Assembly: GCA_963823035.1 (NCBI GenBank)
Contig: CAWGKG010000005.1
Span: 128,001 to 192,000, forward strand
Direction of reading: 5' to 3'
Length of the DNA: 64,000 nt
Origin: an uncultured Gemmatimonadales bacterium
GTDB taxonomy: Bacteria; Gemmatimonadota; Gemmatimonadetes; Longimicrobiales; Gaopeijiaceae
This document shows, piece after piece, positions 1-10,670 of this stretch (within the stretch, counting starts at the first letter, position 1; each line of letters starts with the position of its first letter). A program made the translations under genes and the position numbers. The notes under the pieces are model-generated. The model was not told where the DNA came from, did no database searches, and saw only the letters and a list, made by a program, of their open reading frames with translations.

Positions 1-1
1 G

Positions 2-757
2 CCGGCCGTACGCGCGGCACTCCGCCTCGCCGGTTGGGAGGGAGTGCCCATCGGGAGCCTCCCCGTGCGCGCGGGATGCACGCCACGCGAGGCCGAGGCC
101 GCGCTGGCGTCGGCGGTCACGGACGGCGCGATCACCGCTCGGGTCACGGCCTTCTCGGCGGAAGTGGCCGCCGAGGCCGAGGCGGGTGTGCTGGCCGCGC
201 TCGAGGAGGGCCACCGACGGCTGGCGCTACGCCCTTCCGTGCCGCTCGACCGCCTCCGTGCGTCCCACCCGGCATGGGCTCCACCCGAGCTGGCCGACGC
301 GATCGTGGAGCGGCTCCGCGCCCGGGGAGGGGTCGAGCTGGCCCAGGGCGGCGCTCGACGGCCCGGCTTTCGTCCCACGCCCACGGACGACCAGGTGGAG
401 GCGTGCAGGGCCCTGGGGATCGCCTATCGCGAGGCCGGCCTCGCGGCGCCGTTCCTCGAAGAGCTGCCCGAGGCGCTACGCTCGCGTTCCGACCTGCCCG
501 AGCTCCTGCGCCACCTGGAGGGAGAAGGGACGCTGACAACGGTGGCCGAGGGGCTCCTCTACGACGCGCAGGTATTGGCGCGGGCGGAGGCCTCGATCCA
601 GGACGAGCTGGGGGGTCGCAAGGACCTTTCCCCCGCGGACTTTCGTGACGTGCTTCCCGTCTCGCGCCGGCATCTCATGCCTCTCCTGGCCCACTTCGAC
701 GGGGCGGGGGTCACCCTCCGGCGGGGCCCTGTCCGGGACGTGCCTACCGGCACCTGA
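2..757 (+). CDS. selB: Selenocysteine-specific elongation factor, C-terminal winged-helix part (5' truncated by window)
   Basis: Frame is open from base 2. C-terminus LSPADFRDVLPVSRRHLMPLLAHFDGAGVTLRRGPVR matches the SelB SECIS-binding WH4 pattern. Confidence 0.85.
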   Translation, partial: PAVRAALRLAGWEGVPIGSLPVRAGCTPREAEAALASAVTDGAITARVTAFSAEVAAEAEAGVLAALEEGHRRLALRPSVPLDRLRASHPAWAPPELADAIVERLRARGGVELAQGGARRPGFRPTPTDDQVEACRALGIAYREAGLAAPFLEELPEALRSRSDLPELLRHLEGEGTLTTVAEGLLYDAQVLARAEASIQDELGGRKDLSPADFRDVLPVSRRHLMPLLAHFDGAGVTLRRGPVRDVPTGT

Positions 758-942
758 GTCCACGGCGCTCGCATGGCCGAGGCAACCGAAACGGAGTCGG
801 AAGCGTCCAATCCCGCGAAGAGAGTTGACCCCCGCTCGCACCCCGCGGTACAATGGAGGTGAGCGCGAGTCGCTGCGGTATGCTTCACACTTGGAGCGCG
901 ATCGATCCTCGGTTACTGCACAGCCACCTCTGTGCGGAGGTC

Positions 943-1389
943 ATGATGAGGCGCACGCTTGGCGTCTTGTCCGTCCTCCTTCTCTCGTGCGGCGCGTCGG
1001 CCACCCTCTCGGCTCAGGAGGCGGGACGCGATCCGCCTGGGCGGGCGAACGGATTCCAACTCGAACAGAACTACCCGAACCCGTTCAATCCGGAGACAAA
1101 GATCCCCTTCGTTCTCGCGGAGGAGCTCTTCGCCGACGGACGACCGGCCGTTGTGACCCTGCGTATCTACAACCTCCTCCAACAGATGGTCGCCGTCCCC
1201 GTGGCGCTCGGTCATCCGTCGGGTGAGGGCGTGCAGGTCCGGGATCTCGAGTACACGCAGCCCGGTCGCTACGAGGCGTTCTGGGACGGGCGAGACCTCT
1301 CCGGGCGCCAGGTGGCGTCCGGGATCTACTTCATGCAGCTCACCGTGAACGGGGTGAGCCAACTCCGGAAGATGTACGTCCTGAAATAG
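943..1389 (+). CDS. Signal-peptide protein consisting of a single FlgD-Ig / T9SS-CTD-like domain
   Basis: GGAGG RBS, signal peptide, motifs LEQNYPNPFNPET and WDGRDLSGRQVASGIYF. Confidence 0.8.
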   Translation: MMRRTLGVLSVLLLSCGASATLSAQEAGRDPPGRANGFQLEQNYPNPFNPETKIPFVLAEELFADGRPAVVTLRIYNLLQQMVAVPVALGHPSGEGVQVRDLEYTQPGRYEAFWDGRDLSGRQVASGIYFMQLTVNGVSQLRKMYVLK

Positions 1390-1405
1390 GTCGTTCGGGA
1401 CGCCT

Positions 1406-1765
1406 TCAGGACAGGAAGTAGAGGAACCTACCGCAGTGCTCGCAGGCCTGTAGCTCCGCGTTCGGATCCATCTCCCCGGCGGTCGCGGCCGGGACCGAGA
1501 CGTAGCATCCGTAGCAGATGCCGGCGATCACGGGCACCATCACCCGCTCCAGGTGGTCGGCGATGCGCTCGTACCGACGCCGCACCGGCAGGCTCAATTG
1601 ACCCACCAGCTCCTCGATGCGGCTTTGGAGCGTGGCGACCGCGTCTGCGGGGACGATGCCGAACTCGTCCTCCTCCAGCTCACCCACGCCGGACTCCGTC
1701 TCCAACTCGCGCACCTTCGCCCTGAGATCCTGGATCTCGAGGAGGGTGGTGAGTTGTGCGTCCAT
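1406..1765 (-). CDS. Coiled-coil + C4-type zinc-ribbon protein
   Basis: CYGC...CEHCGRFLY motifs after a helical N-terminus. Confidence 0.8.
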   Translation of the reverse strand: MDAQLTTLLEIQDLRAKVRELETESGVGELEEDEFGIVPADAVATLQSRIEELVGQLSLPVRRRYERIADHLERVMVPVIAGICYGCYVSVPAATAGEMDPNAELQACEHCGRFLYFLS

Positions 1766-1776
1766 CACGGCGGCCC

Positions 1777-2229
1777 TCAAGGTGCTTTCCGGTCGAGCAG
1801 CTCCAGGAATTGGTCGGCGCTGTCCAGGTCCAGGAGACGCTCCGGGACCTCCGAGTCCTTGGCGAACTGGGCGATCTTGCCCAGCACGGGGAGGTACTGG
1901 TTCGACACCTCGAGCGGAGGCGCGACGATCAGAAAGAAGTTGTGGACCGGCGCGCCGTCGATCGCGTTGAAATCGACGCCCGACGGCTTACGCCCGTACG
2001 CGAGGCGGAGCCGGTTCACCACGAGCGACCGGCAGTGCGGGATCGCGATGCCGCGCCCAATGCCCGTCGAACCCAGGTTCTCCCTCCGCTTGAGCGTCTT
2101 GAAGAGAATCGCCTCGGACTTCTCGTCGAGGCCGAGGAGGGCAACCAACTCCTTGAGCAGGTCGTCCTTCACCTCGGACTGCAGGTCGAGCTTCACGACG
2201 TCGGCCGTGAAGAGATCCCGGAGCCGCAT
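1777..2229 (-). CDS. PTS EIIA (Ntr/fructose-type) domain protein
   Basis: RENLGSTGIGRGIAIPH phospho-His motif. Confidence 0.9.
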   Translation of the reverse strand: MRLRDLFTADVVKLDLQSEVKDDLLKELVALLGLDEKSEAILFKTLKRRENLGSTGIGRGIAIPHCRSLVVNRLRLAYGRKPSGVDFNAIDGAPVHNFFLIVAPPLEVSNQYLPVLGKIAQFAKDSEVPERLLDLDSADQFLELLDRKAP

Positions 2230-2363
2230 GTATCGCCTCCAAACGTGCTTGGATTCGTTCTGTCACAGGGTATATAGCTCCGTATGTTAACACGCCGCGC
2301 GGCGAGCGCCTAGCATCCGGTGCTTCACCGCACCGGCCGCGCTCCTTAGCTTCCCCATCAGCC

Positions 2364-3359
2364 ATGGCCACCTTCCTCCGACACCTGTCCGGGCCGATCA
2401 CGCCCCTCTTCCTCGCTCCCCAGGCCGGGGTGAGCGAGTCGCCGTTCCGTCGCCTGTGCCGACGGTTCGGAGCGGACGTGGTGGTCAGCGAGTTCGTGAG
2501 CGCGGCCGGCATCGTCATGGGCACGCGACGCTCGCACGAGTATCTCCGCTTCGACGAAGCGGAGCGGCCGATCGGCATCCAGATCTTCGGGGCCGATCCC
2601 GCCCAGATGGCCGAGGCCGCGGCCTTCGTCGAGGAGCTGCACGCGCCCGACTTCGTGGACATCAACTTCGGGTGTCCCGTCAAGAAGGTGGTGAAACGCA
2701 ACGGTGGCTCCGGCTGCCTGCGCGACCTCGACCTGGTGGCGCGCATCATCCGCGCGGTGGACGACGCGACCCGGCTACCCACCACCGTCAAGATCCGGAG
2801 CGGATTCGACGAGAGTACGCGGGACCCCGTGGGCATCGCCCTCCGTTGTCAGGAGGCTGGCGCCCGAGCGCTGTCTATCCACCCGCGCACCCGGGCCGAC
2901 ATGTACAGTGGCGATGCGCGTTGGTCGGAGATCCGCGACGTGACCGAGGCGCTGGAGATCCCCGTGATCGGCAATGGGGACATCCGGCGCGGCGACGACG
3001 CGCGGCGGATGCGCGACGAGACCGGCTGCGCCGGCGTCATGATCGCGCGCGGCTCACACGGCGATCCCTGGATCTTCCGGGAGGCGAGGGCGGCGCTCGA
3101 CGGAGCGCCGGTACCCCCTGAGCCCGACGTCGTGGAGCGCTTCCGGATCTGCCTCGAGCACGCACGAAACGCCATCGCCTTCGAGCACGACGCGCAGCGG
3201 GCGATCATCGACTTCCGCAAGCACCTCGGCTGGTACACGAAAGGACTGCCGGACGGGAGGCGGCTGCGCACGGAGCTCTTCCAGTCCACGACGCTCCAGG
3301 ACGTCGAGCGGCTGCTGGAGGGCTACCTGGAGGGGCAGGGGGTCTGCGCGCCCGCGTAG
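2364..3359 (+). CDS. dusB: tRNA-dihydrouridine synthase
   Basis: DINFGCPVKKV, TVKIRSG, HPRT, IGNGDI, GVMIARG motifs. Confidence 0.92.
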   Translation: MATFLRHLSGPITPLFLAPQAGVSESPFRRLCRRFGADVVVSEFVSAAGIVMGTRRSHEYLRFDEAERPIGIQIFGADPAQMAEAAAFVEELHAPDFVDINFGCPVKKVVKRNGGSGCLRDLDLVARIIRAVDDATRLPTTVKIRSGFDESTRDPVGIALRCQEAGARALSIHPRTRADMYSGDARWSEIRDVTEALEIPVIGNGDIRRGDDARRMRDETGCAGVMIARGSHGDPWIFREARAALDGAPVPPEPDVVERFRICLEHARNAIAFEHDAQRAIIDFRKHLGWYTKGLPDGRRLRTELFQSTTLQDVERLLEGYLEGQGVCAPA

Positions 3360-3369
3360 GCGGGGGCGA

Positions 3370-6316
3370 TCAGTGTCGCGCCCCGTCCGCACTTCCCGGC
3401 GCGGCACGCGCACGGGCGAGCATCCGGTTGGCTCGCTGTGTGTCCTTGTCGGCGTCGCCCTTGGCCCCCAGAAGGGTCGAGTAGCTCGCCTGCAGGATCG
3501 GGGCGGCCTCGGCGAAGCGCCCCAACGCGACGAGGCAGCTTCCCAGCTCGAGGCGAGCGTAGGCGACCGAGACGCCCGACGGGTCCAGCTTCTTCTCGCG
3601 AATCGCCCGTGCCTCGCGCAACAACGGCTCCGCTTCGGCGCAGCGCCCGCGCGAGCTCATCATGCGACCCAGGCCCAGCAGGCCCACGGCAACCGTTGGA
3701 TGGTCGACGCCGAGCGTGCTTCGCCACGTCGTGAGCGCGCGCCGGAACATGGCTTCGGCCTGCTCGTAGTCGCCCCTTCGTGCGAGCAACTCGGCGAGGT
3801 TGTTGTAGCTCTGGCCCACGTCCGGGTGGTCGTCTCCGAGGGCCTTGCGGCGCTGCGTCAGCGCCTCGCGGAGCGCGCGCTCCGCGCCGTCGAGATCGCC
3901 TTGCTCGCGCCGAGCGGCACCCAGGTTGTTGAGGCCGGTGAGTACGCTCGGGTGCGTCTCGCCGAGCGTCTTGCGCCAGATCGCGAGCGCCCGCTCGAAG
4001 GCATCGGCAGCCGGACGCCACTCCCCCTGGAGATACAGCACGACCCCGAGGTTGTTGAGGCTCGCCGCCACTTCGGGATGATCGTCCCCCAACGTCTCCC
4101 GTCGGATCGCCAGCGCCTCTTCGTTCGCTTGCTCGGACTCTTCCAGCCGCCCCTCCGAGCGAAGGAGCAGGCTCAAGTTGTTCAGCGTGAGAGCGACGTG
4201 GGGGTGCCGGTCGCCGAGGAGCTTACGACGCATGGCCAGGCACTCGCGCAGCAGGGGCTCCGCCCGCTCGTACTCCCCCGCGTCCGTGAGGATCGTAGCG
4301 AGGTTGAGGAGGCTCACGGCCACCTCCGTGTGGTCGCCGCCGTAGATCTCCCGGCGCAGCGCGAGCGCTTCCTCGGCGAGCGGCTCCGCCTCCGCATACT
4401 TGCCCTGGCGCCAGAGCGCCACGCCGAGGTCGCTGAGACTGCCGGCGATGGCGTTGGGCGAGCCTCGCCTGCGGTTGATGGCCAGGCTCTCCCGGTACAG
4501 GCTGTCGGCCGCGGCGAGATCTCCCTCCGCGTCGAGGATCGCGGCCAGATTCGCCATGCTCACCGCCACGAGGGTGTCGCCAGCCCCCAGTTCCTCCAAC
4601 TGCACCCCCAGTACCGCGCGCGCCAGCTCCTCCGCCGGCGCGTACTCGCCCTGGTCGTAGAGCAGGGACGCCAGGTCTGCCGCGCTCTTTGCGGTCTCCA
4701 GGTCCCGGGGCCCGAGGAGTCTCTCCCGGGTCTCCTTCGCCTCCTCCAGCAACGGACGCGCCTGCTCGTACAGCCCGAGCTTCTGGTAGATCTTCCCGAG
4801 CACGTTGAGCATGTCGGCGCGCACCGCAGGCTCCGCTTCGAGTCCGCTCTCCAGCCGCTCCGTGCCCCTGTCCAGAAGCCCGCGGGCGGTGACGGTATCG
4901 CCCCTCGCCCGGTCGGGGTCCGAAGCCTCGAACAAGCCGACCACGAACTGGCTTACGCGGTCGGCGCGGAGCGCGTGACGCGACGCCGCCCGCGCCTGCC
5001 ACGTGGTTCCGATCAGGCCCGCGACCAGCGCCGCGACGGCCACCGTGCTGGCGGCCACCGCGACCCGATTCCGACGCGCGAAGCGGCCGAATCGGTAGAA
5101 GGCGCTGTCGCGCCGCGCGGTCACCGGTCGACGCGCGAGGTGGCGCCGCAGGTCCTCGGCCAGGGCCTCGGCGGAGCCGTAGCGCCTCTCCGGCTCCTGC
5201 CTGACGGCCGACAGCACGATGGCATCGAGATCGCCTGCGAGCCGCCGCCGCAACTGCTCCGGCGTCGTACCGCGGGCCGCCGCGATCTCGGCGGGCGTTC
5301 GGCTCCCCGCGTGCGCACCCTCGCCCCTCGGCGCGTTCGCCCGCGTCGCGGTGGTGCTGGGTGGCTCCGGGGTCGTCTCGGAGAGCACGCGCAGGACCTC
5401 TGCCAACGTCCGGTCCCGGAAGCGATTCGGCCGACGTCCGGAGAGCAGCTCGTACAGGACGGCGCCGAGCCCGTAGACATCGGTGGCCGTCGTGACCGGC
5501 TCGCCGCGCACCTGCTCGGGCGCGGCGTATTCCGGCGTCAGCATCTGAAAGCCGGTGACGGTAGGCGTCGGACCACCCATCTCGGTGTCCGGCTCCAGGA
5601 GCTTGGCGATGCCGAAGTCCAGCAGCTTCACCCGACCGTCGCGCGCCACGAGGATGTTGCTCGGCTTGAGGTCGCGGTGCACGACGAGGTTTCGATGCGC
5701 GTAGGCCACGGCCGCGCAGGCGTCCAGAAAGAGGCGAAGTCGCGCGTCGACGTCGAGCCCGTGCTCGTCGCAGTATTCGGTGATCGGCGTGCCGTCCACG
5801 TACTCCATCGCCAGGAACGGCCGCCCGTCCTCGGCCACGCCCCCATCGAGCAGACGCGCGATGTTGGGGTGCGTGAGGCGAGCCAGGATGCCCCGCTCGC
5901 GCAGGAACCGCTCCACGCAGATCGACCGAGCCGGAGGGGTCGCGAACGAGCTTGAGCGCCACCCGTTGCTCGAAATGCCCGTCGGCGCGCTCGGCGAGGT
6001 AGACGGCACCCATCCCCCCGCGCCCGAGCTCGCGCAGGACGCGGTACGCCCCGAGCCGCTCTCCGGTCCCGGCCGGCTGTCCGACTTCGCCCAGCGCCGC
6101 CACGACCCACGCCGGGTCGGGCGGATCGAGAAGCCCCTCCGCACGGTCGTGTGCCTCGAGGAGGGACTCCACCTCCGCCCGCACGCCGGGCCGGTCCCGG
6201 CACGCGTCATCGAGGTACGATGCGCGTTCCGCCCCGGGGCGCTCCACCGCCTCCGCGAACACCTCGGCGATCGCCTCGCGCATTTCGATCGGCGGGGGCT
6301 TCCGGCTGCCGCTCAC
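3370..6316 (-). CDS. Ser/Thr protein kinase with TM helix and TPR repeats; one frameshift near 5917
   Basis: [10 protein letters not shown]...VALK lie in one frame; [24 protein letters not shown] and many TPRs lie in another. Confidence 0.88.
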
Positions 6317-6894
6317 GCTTCGTGCTCCGCCATCTCTCGTTGCAGCCAGGCACGAGCCAACGCCCAGTCGCGTTTGACGGTTCGCGGGGCGATGCCGAGG
6401 ACCTCACAGGTCTCCTCGACGCTCAATCCCGCGAAGAAGCGACACTCCACCACGCGAACGGCGCGCGGGTAGATGTCGGCGAGCTCCCCCAGTGCCTCGT
6501 CCAGCTCGATCAGGTGTTCTTCGTCGGGCTCCGCGACGAGGTGTGCGGCCCTCAGCGACAGAGGGCGTACGCCTCCGCCGCGCTTGTCCCGCCGCCGCCG
6601 TCGTGCGTGATCCACCAGCACATGTCTCATGGCGCGGGCAGCGGCACCGAAGAAATAGCGACGCCCGTTCGCCATCACACGCGAACCATCCACCAGACGC
6701 AGGTACGCCTCGTGCACGAGGTCGGTGGTGGCCAGCGTGGCGTGTGCGTCCGCACGGGCCAACTGCCTGCGTGCCAGGACGCGAAACTCCTCGTAGACGA
6801 GCGGCAGCAGACGGTCCCACACGCCCTCGTCGTCGGCCTCTGCCGACACGAGCAGCGAGGTCACGGTCTCGCGGGCGGCGGCGGATTGTACCAT
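6313..6894 (-). CDS. ECF sigma factor of the kinase-associated (TIGR02999-like) type
   Basis: LLPLVYEE, TTDLVHEAYLRL, RAMRHVLVDHAR, RTVKRDWALARAWL; stop overlaps the kinase start. Confidence 0.9.
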   Translation of the reverse strand: MVQSAAARETVTSLLVSAEADDEGVWDRLLPLVYEEFRVLARRQLARADAHATLATTDLVHEAYLRLVDGSRVMANGRRYFFGAAARAMRHVLVDHARRRRRDKRGGGVRPLSLRAAHLVAEPDEEHLIELDEALGELADIYPRAVRVVECRFFAGLSVEETCEVLGIAPRTVKRDWALARAWLQREMAEHEA

Positions 6895-7134
6895 GACGAA
6901 CCGACTGGAGGGTCTGGCCTACCCGGCACAACCTACGGCGACCCTCGATGCATCGTCCATGGTGCCGGCGGAATCTCCTCCTCGTCGGGGCCCATCGGGT
7001 ACCCCCGCCCGACGTGGCTGCACGGATCTCGTGGCCCCTCTCGACGCGCAACGACGCACGGAAGGGCAGGAGGGTGCGCCCCACGCGCGCCGGCCCCATT
7101 CCGACGACATCCCCTACGAGGAGGAGCAGGTACG

Positions 7135-9258
7135 ATGAGGCGAGTCGACATCCGCCGGTCACGGCTGGCCTTGGTGGCCTCCGCAGCCTTCCTCCTGGTG
7201 GCCGGCTGCGGCGGCGAAAGCCCCACGAGTCCCGCGGGCCCGGGAACCCCGCCGGGACGGTGGGAACCCCGGCGACAGCGCCAGTACGGGCAATCCGCAG
7301 TCGCCCTACGAATGCGAGAGGAAGGGCTATCCCTGCTCGCTGTCCGGCGTGCCCATCGACATCCTCGAGCGCAGCGACGCGCTCGGAGACTCGGTCGTGA
7401 CCATGCTGGTGGACGGCACGTCCGCCGCCGACGCGGTGGCCTGGCTCCAGGCGCGGCCCGGGATGGCCGAGGTCCAATCGGACGACGGGGCCATCCGCTT
7501 CCGGCTCGACGGCGGTCGTGGCACGTGGATCATGCTGGAAGGCGACGAGGTCGACGGGGACGCGGCGGCTCCCGTCCGCGGTGATCCCGCGCCAGCCGGT
7601 ACCGAGCCGCGACAACAGCGTCGTCGGAGAGGGCCTCGACAAGAAGCGGGCGCTCGTGCTCTCCCCCTTCCTGTGGTCGTTCGGCGGGTACGACGAGGGA
7701 CCCGCGGTGCAGGCGATCCTGGAGAACACCCGCGGATACGGGGTCGGCGTCACGTTCAAGGGGAACGCCACGGCGATGGACCGCACGGTCGACGTGGCGA
7801 GCTTCAAGGGGTGGGGGGCGTACCAGGTGGTGCACGTCACGTCTCACGGGAAGCGGGTGTGCGACGGGGCCGGCTGCCGCGCCATGGTCGTCATCAACAC
7901 CGTCGAGGCGCTGGCCGCAGGCGGGACCCAGACCCCCGCCGAGGTGGCGCACGCGCTCGAGGAGGAGGGTCTCGACGTCAGCAAGTCGAAGCACAAGCCC
8001 GGCGCCACCTACATCGCCGCCACCGCTCTGTTCTTCCGCAAGACCTACCCCTCGGGGCTGGACAATACCGTCGTCGTCTTCAACGCGTGCCAGACCTTCG
8101 GCTCCGCGGCCACCGACCTCGTCGACGCGATCCAGGGTAACAGCAGCGTGGTCTTCGGGTGGGACGAGGCCGTGTACGCGAGTGAGGCGCAGGCCGCGGC
8201 CATCGCGCTCTTCACCGAGCTGTCGGAGGGCGGGTACCGAGCCGAGATCGCCTACGATCGGCTGGAAGACCTGAAGACCGGCAGCGCCACCTCGTATGGG
8301 CCGGCGCCCACGCTGATCCTCGGGAAGCGCCCCACGGGTGGGGACCTCCGCATCCGGGACATCGTCACGCTGCTGGATCCGGCGACGGAGCAGGAGCTCA
8401 CGGCATCGAGCGTCGTCCCGATCGACGGGACGAAGGACGACGGTGAGCCGGACGGGGCGCCGTGGCTCGTCCGCGTCGACGGCATGAAGCCGGAGGAAGC
8501 GGAGAAGGCGTCGCTCCACGTCACCATCGACGGCGTGGACGCGGAGCCCGTCCTGGTCTCGAGCGGCACGGCCAACGACGACGACCAGTGGACGGTCGGC
8601 GGCACCCTGCCGCTCGGCTACGATCTGGAGGACACCAAGACGGCGACCTTCCAGGCGTGGGTGGAGCTGCCGGACGGCGGCAAGACCGACCACGAGGTCG
8701 CGGCGACGCTCAGCGGGGACGAGCCGCTCATGGGCACGACGTGGGAGTTCGACGCGACGCACACGACGAGCTACACCGGGATTCCGAACACGCCCTACAC
8801 GTCCACCACGCACCTGATCCTGACGTTCGAGCCAGGCCAGGATCCGAGCGAGCCCAACCCGCGCTACGTCGTCACCGGCGGTACCGTGACGTTCAACTGG
8901 ACCCATACCCTGGGCGAGTGCTCGTATGTCGCGCCCTCCATCACGTTCGACGTCACGGACGAGATCGCCAACAACTCCGTGCTCATCTTCGACACCACGA
9001 AGGACCCCGTCACGTATCGGGGCTTCATGAGCACGGTCGGTCCGGACGGTCGAGGTGGCGGAGACCTGCGGGATCGACGGCGAGACCCACACGCGGAGTC
9101 AGCGGGCGACGAACACGTGGATGTACGTCGAACCCGGAGGCGAACAGTCGGTCTCGGCGGACAATCGCAGCATCACGGGCACGTACCGCCGCGAGCAGGT
9201 GTTCACGGGCCAGACGTTCATCCAGGACTCGAAGTACACGATCAACCGGATCCGCTAG
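7135..9258 (+). CDS. Large putative lipoprotein, split by ~3 frameshifts (~7250, ~7570, ~9050)
   Basis: GGAGGAG RBS, lipobox LLVAGC; coding-like segments continue through ORFs 7349, 7518 and 9055 in successive frames. Confidence 0.65.
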
Positions 9259-9368
9259 GCGTCGGTGCCCCGACCGAGGCCATGCGACGCGTCCGTCACG
9301 TGGACCGGGGCCCGGCCGTCGGTGTATCTTTGGACGAGGTGGATGTTTGACAGAACCATCCCTTCACC

Positions 9369-9720
9369 GGGGGCGTCACGGTTTCGACGTGTTTGGTGAA
9401 CGTGGAGGAGCGTGCCGAGGCCCCGACACCTCGTAAAACCTCGGGAAACCTTTCAATTGCCAACACCAACATGGCGATGGCCGCGTAAGCTTCTTACGTA
9501 GCCCGTTTCACGGATTGCCCGCCCAGGGCGGCCCGCTGAAACGTCGATAATCTGGGCTGGTCCCCCGGCAGTGCCGCCGGGTCGGGGGCGAGATCAAAGG
9601 TGGCTGGCTGAGGAATCGGTTGATCACTGGCCGCCCGCAGCGAGACCCATCAGGGATCTACGCACGTAGTGCCTCTGCAGGACCCATGCGCGGACGCGGG
9701 TTCGACTCCCGCCGCCTCCA
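9369..9720 (+). ncRNA. ssrA: tmRNA; tag reading frame 9459-9488 encodes ANTNMAMAA*
   Basis: 5' GGGGGCG pairs with 3' CGCCTCC-A (G3:U alanine identity pair); 5' GGTTTCGAC; T-arm GCGGG-TTCGACT-CCCGC; tag ends in AA-stop. Confidence 0.97.
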
Positions 9721-10139
9721 CTCGGCCCTACCGGGCAGTTCCCGGTAGGGCCTTTTTGTTTCGAGCCCGAGTGGGGCGGCGGGAGGCGAACCCGCCGGGA
9801 TTCGCGAAGCGAAGACCGAGAGCGGGTTTGGTGCCGATGGAGCAAGGACGCTCTCGCAAGACCTTCCCGCCGACCGACGAGGCAACGCCGCGGCGGCGCA
9901 GCCGCCGTGGCGGTACTCCCGCCGCCTCCACTCGGCCCTACCGGGCAGTCCCGGTAGGGCCTTTATGCTTGTGCCGAGTGGGGGCGGCGGGAGGCGAACC
10001 CGCCGGGATTCGCGAAGCGAAGACCGACAGCGGGGGTGGTGCCGATGGAGCAAAGACGCACTCGCCAAGATCTTCGCGCCGACCGAGGAGGCAACGCCGC
10101 GGCGGCGCAGCCGCCGTGGCGGTACTCCCGCCGCCTCCA
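9705..10139. repeat. Two tandem ~210-bp tmRNA-linked repeat units
   Basis: ACTCCCGCCGCCTCCA ends at 9720, 9930 and 10139; each unit has hairpin A, an inverted tmRNA 3' end and a conserved body. Confidence 0.92.
9724..9760 (+). terminator. Intrinsic terminator of ssrA (hairpin type A)
   Basis: 12-bp stem GGCCCTACCGGG/CCCGGTAGGGCC followed by TTTTTGTT. Confidence 0.8.
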
Positions 10140-10158
10140 TCAAACAGGTCTGACCACC

Positions 10159-10329
10159 ATCTCGGCTGGTCCCCCGGCAGAGCACCCGGGTTGGGGGCGA
10201 GGTCAACGGTGGCGGGCTGAGGACGCGGTTGATCAATGGCCGCTCGCAGCGAGACCCTTCAGCGATCTACGCACGTAGTGCCTCTGCAGGATCCATGCGC
10301 GGACGCGGGTTCGACTCCCGCCGCCTCCA
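10159..10329 (+). pseudogene. Diverged duplicate of the tmRNA 3' half (copy of 9550-9720)
   Basis: 171-nt ungapped match with about 15 substitutions by manual count; lacks the 5' end and tag. Confidence 0.9.
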
Positions 10330-10670
10330 CTCGGCCCTACCGGGCAGTTCCCGGTAGGGCCTTCTTGTTTCCCCGAGTGGAGGCGGCGGGAGGCGAACCC
10401 GCCGGGACTCGCGAAGCGAGGACCGAGCGCGGGTTTGGTGCCGATGGAGCAAGGGTGCTCTCGCCAGACCTTCCCGCCGACCGACGAGGCAACGCCGCGG
10501 CGGCGCAGCCGCCGTGGCGGTACTCCCGCCGCCTCCATTAGGCCCTCGGAGCTCCCAAGCTCCGGGAGTTTCTTCTTGCCTCCCGTTTCGAGACTCCGCG
10601 GCGGGAGGCGAACCCGCCGGGACTCGCGAAGCGAGGACCGAGCGCGGGGGTGTGCCGACGGAGCACACCC
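10330..10670. repeat. Third tmRNA-linked repeat unit (ends 10537) plus a partial fourth unit
   Basis: Same hairpin / inverted 3' end / body layout; partial body from ~10597. Confidence 0.85.

Noticed and set aside
2364..3369. dus gene as island integration site
   Set aside because: No duplicated dus fragment or adjacent integrase seen.
10159..10329. Second functional or two-piece (permuted) tmRNA, or a tRNA
   Set aside because: No 5' acceptor strand or tag is associated with it, and the upstream gene is a complete one-piece tmRNA.
9700..10670. CRISPR array
   Set aside because: The period is ~210 bp with conserved intervening sequence rather than unique spacers, the repeats derive from tmRNA, and there are no cas genes.
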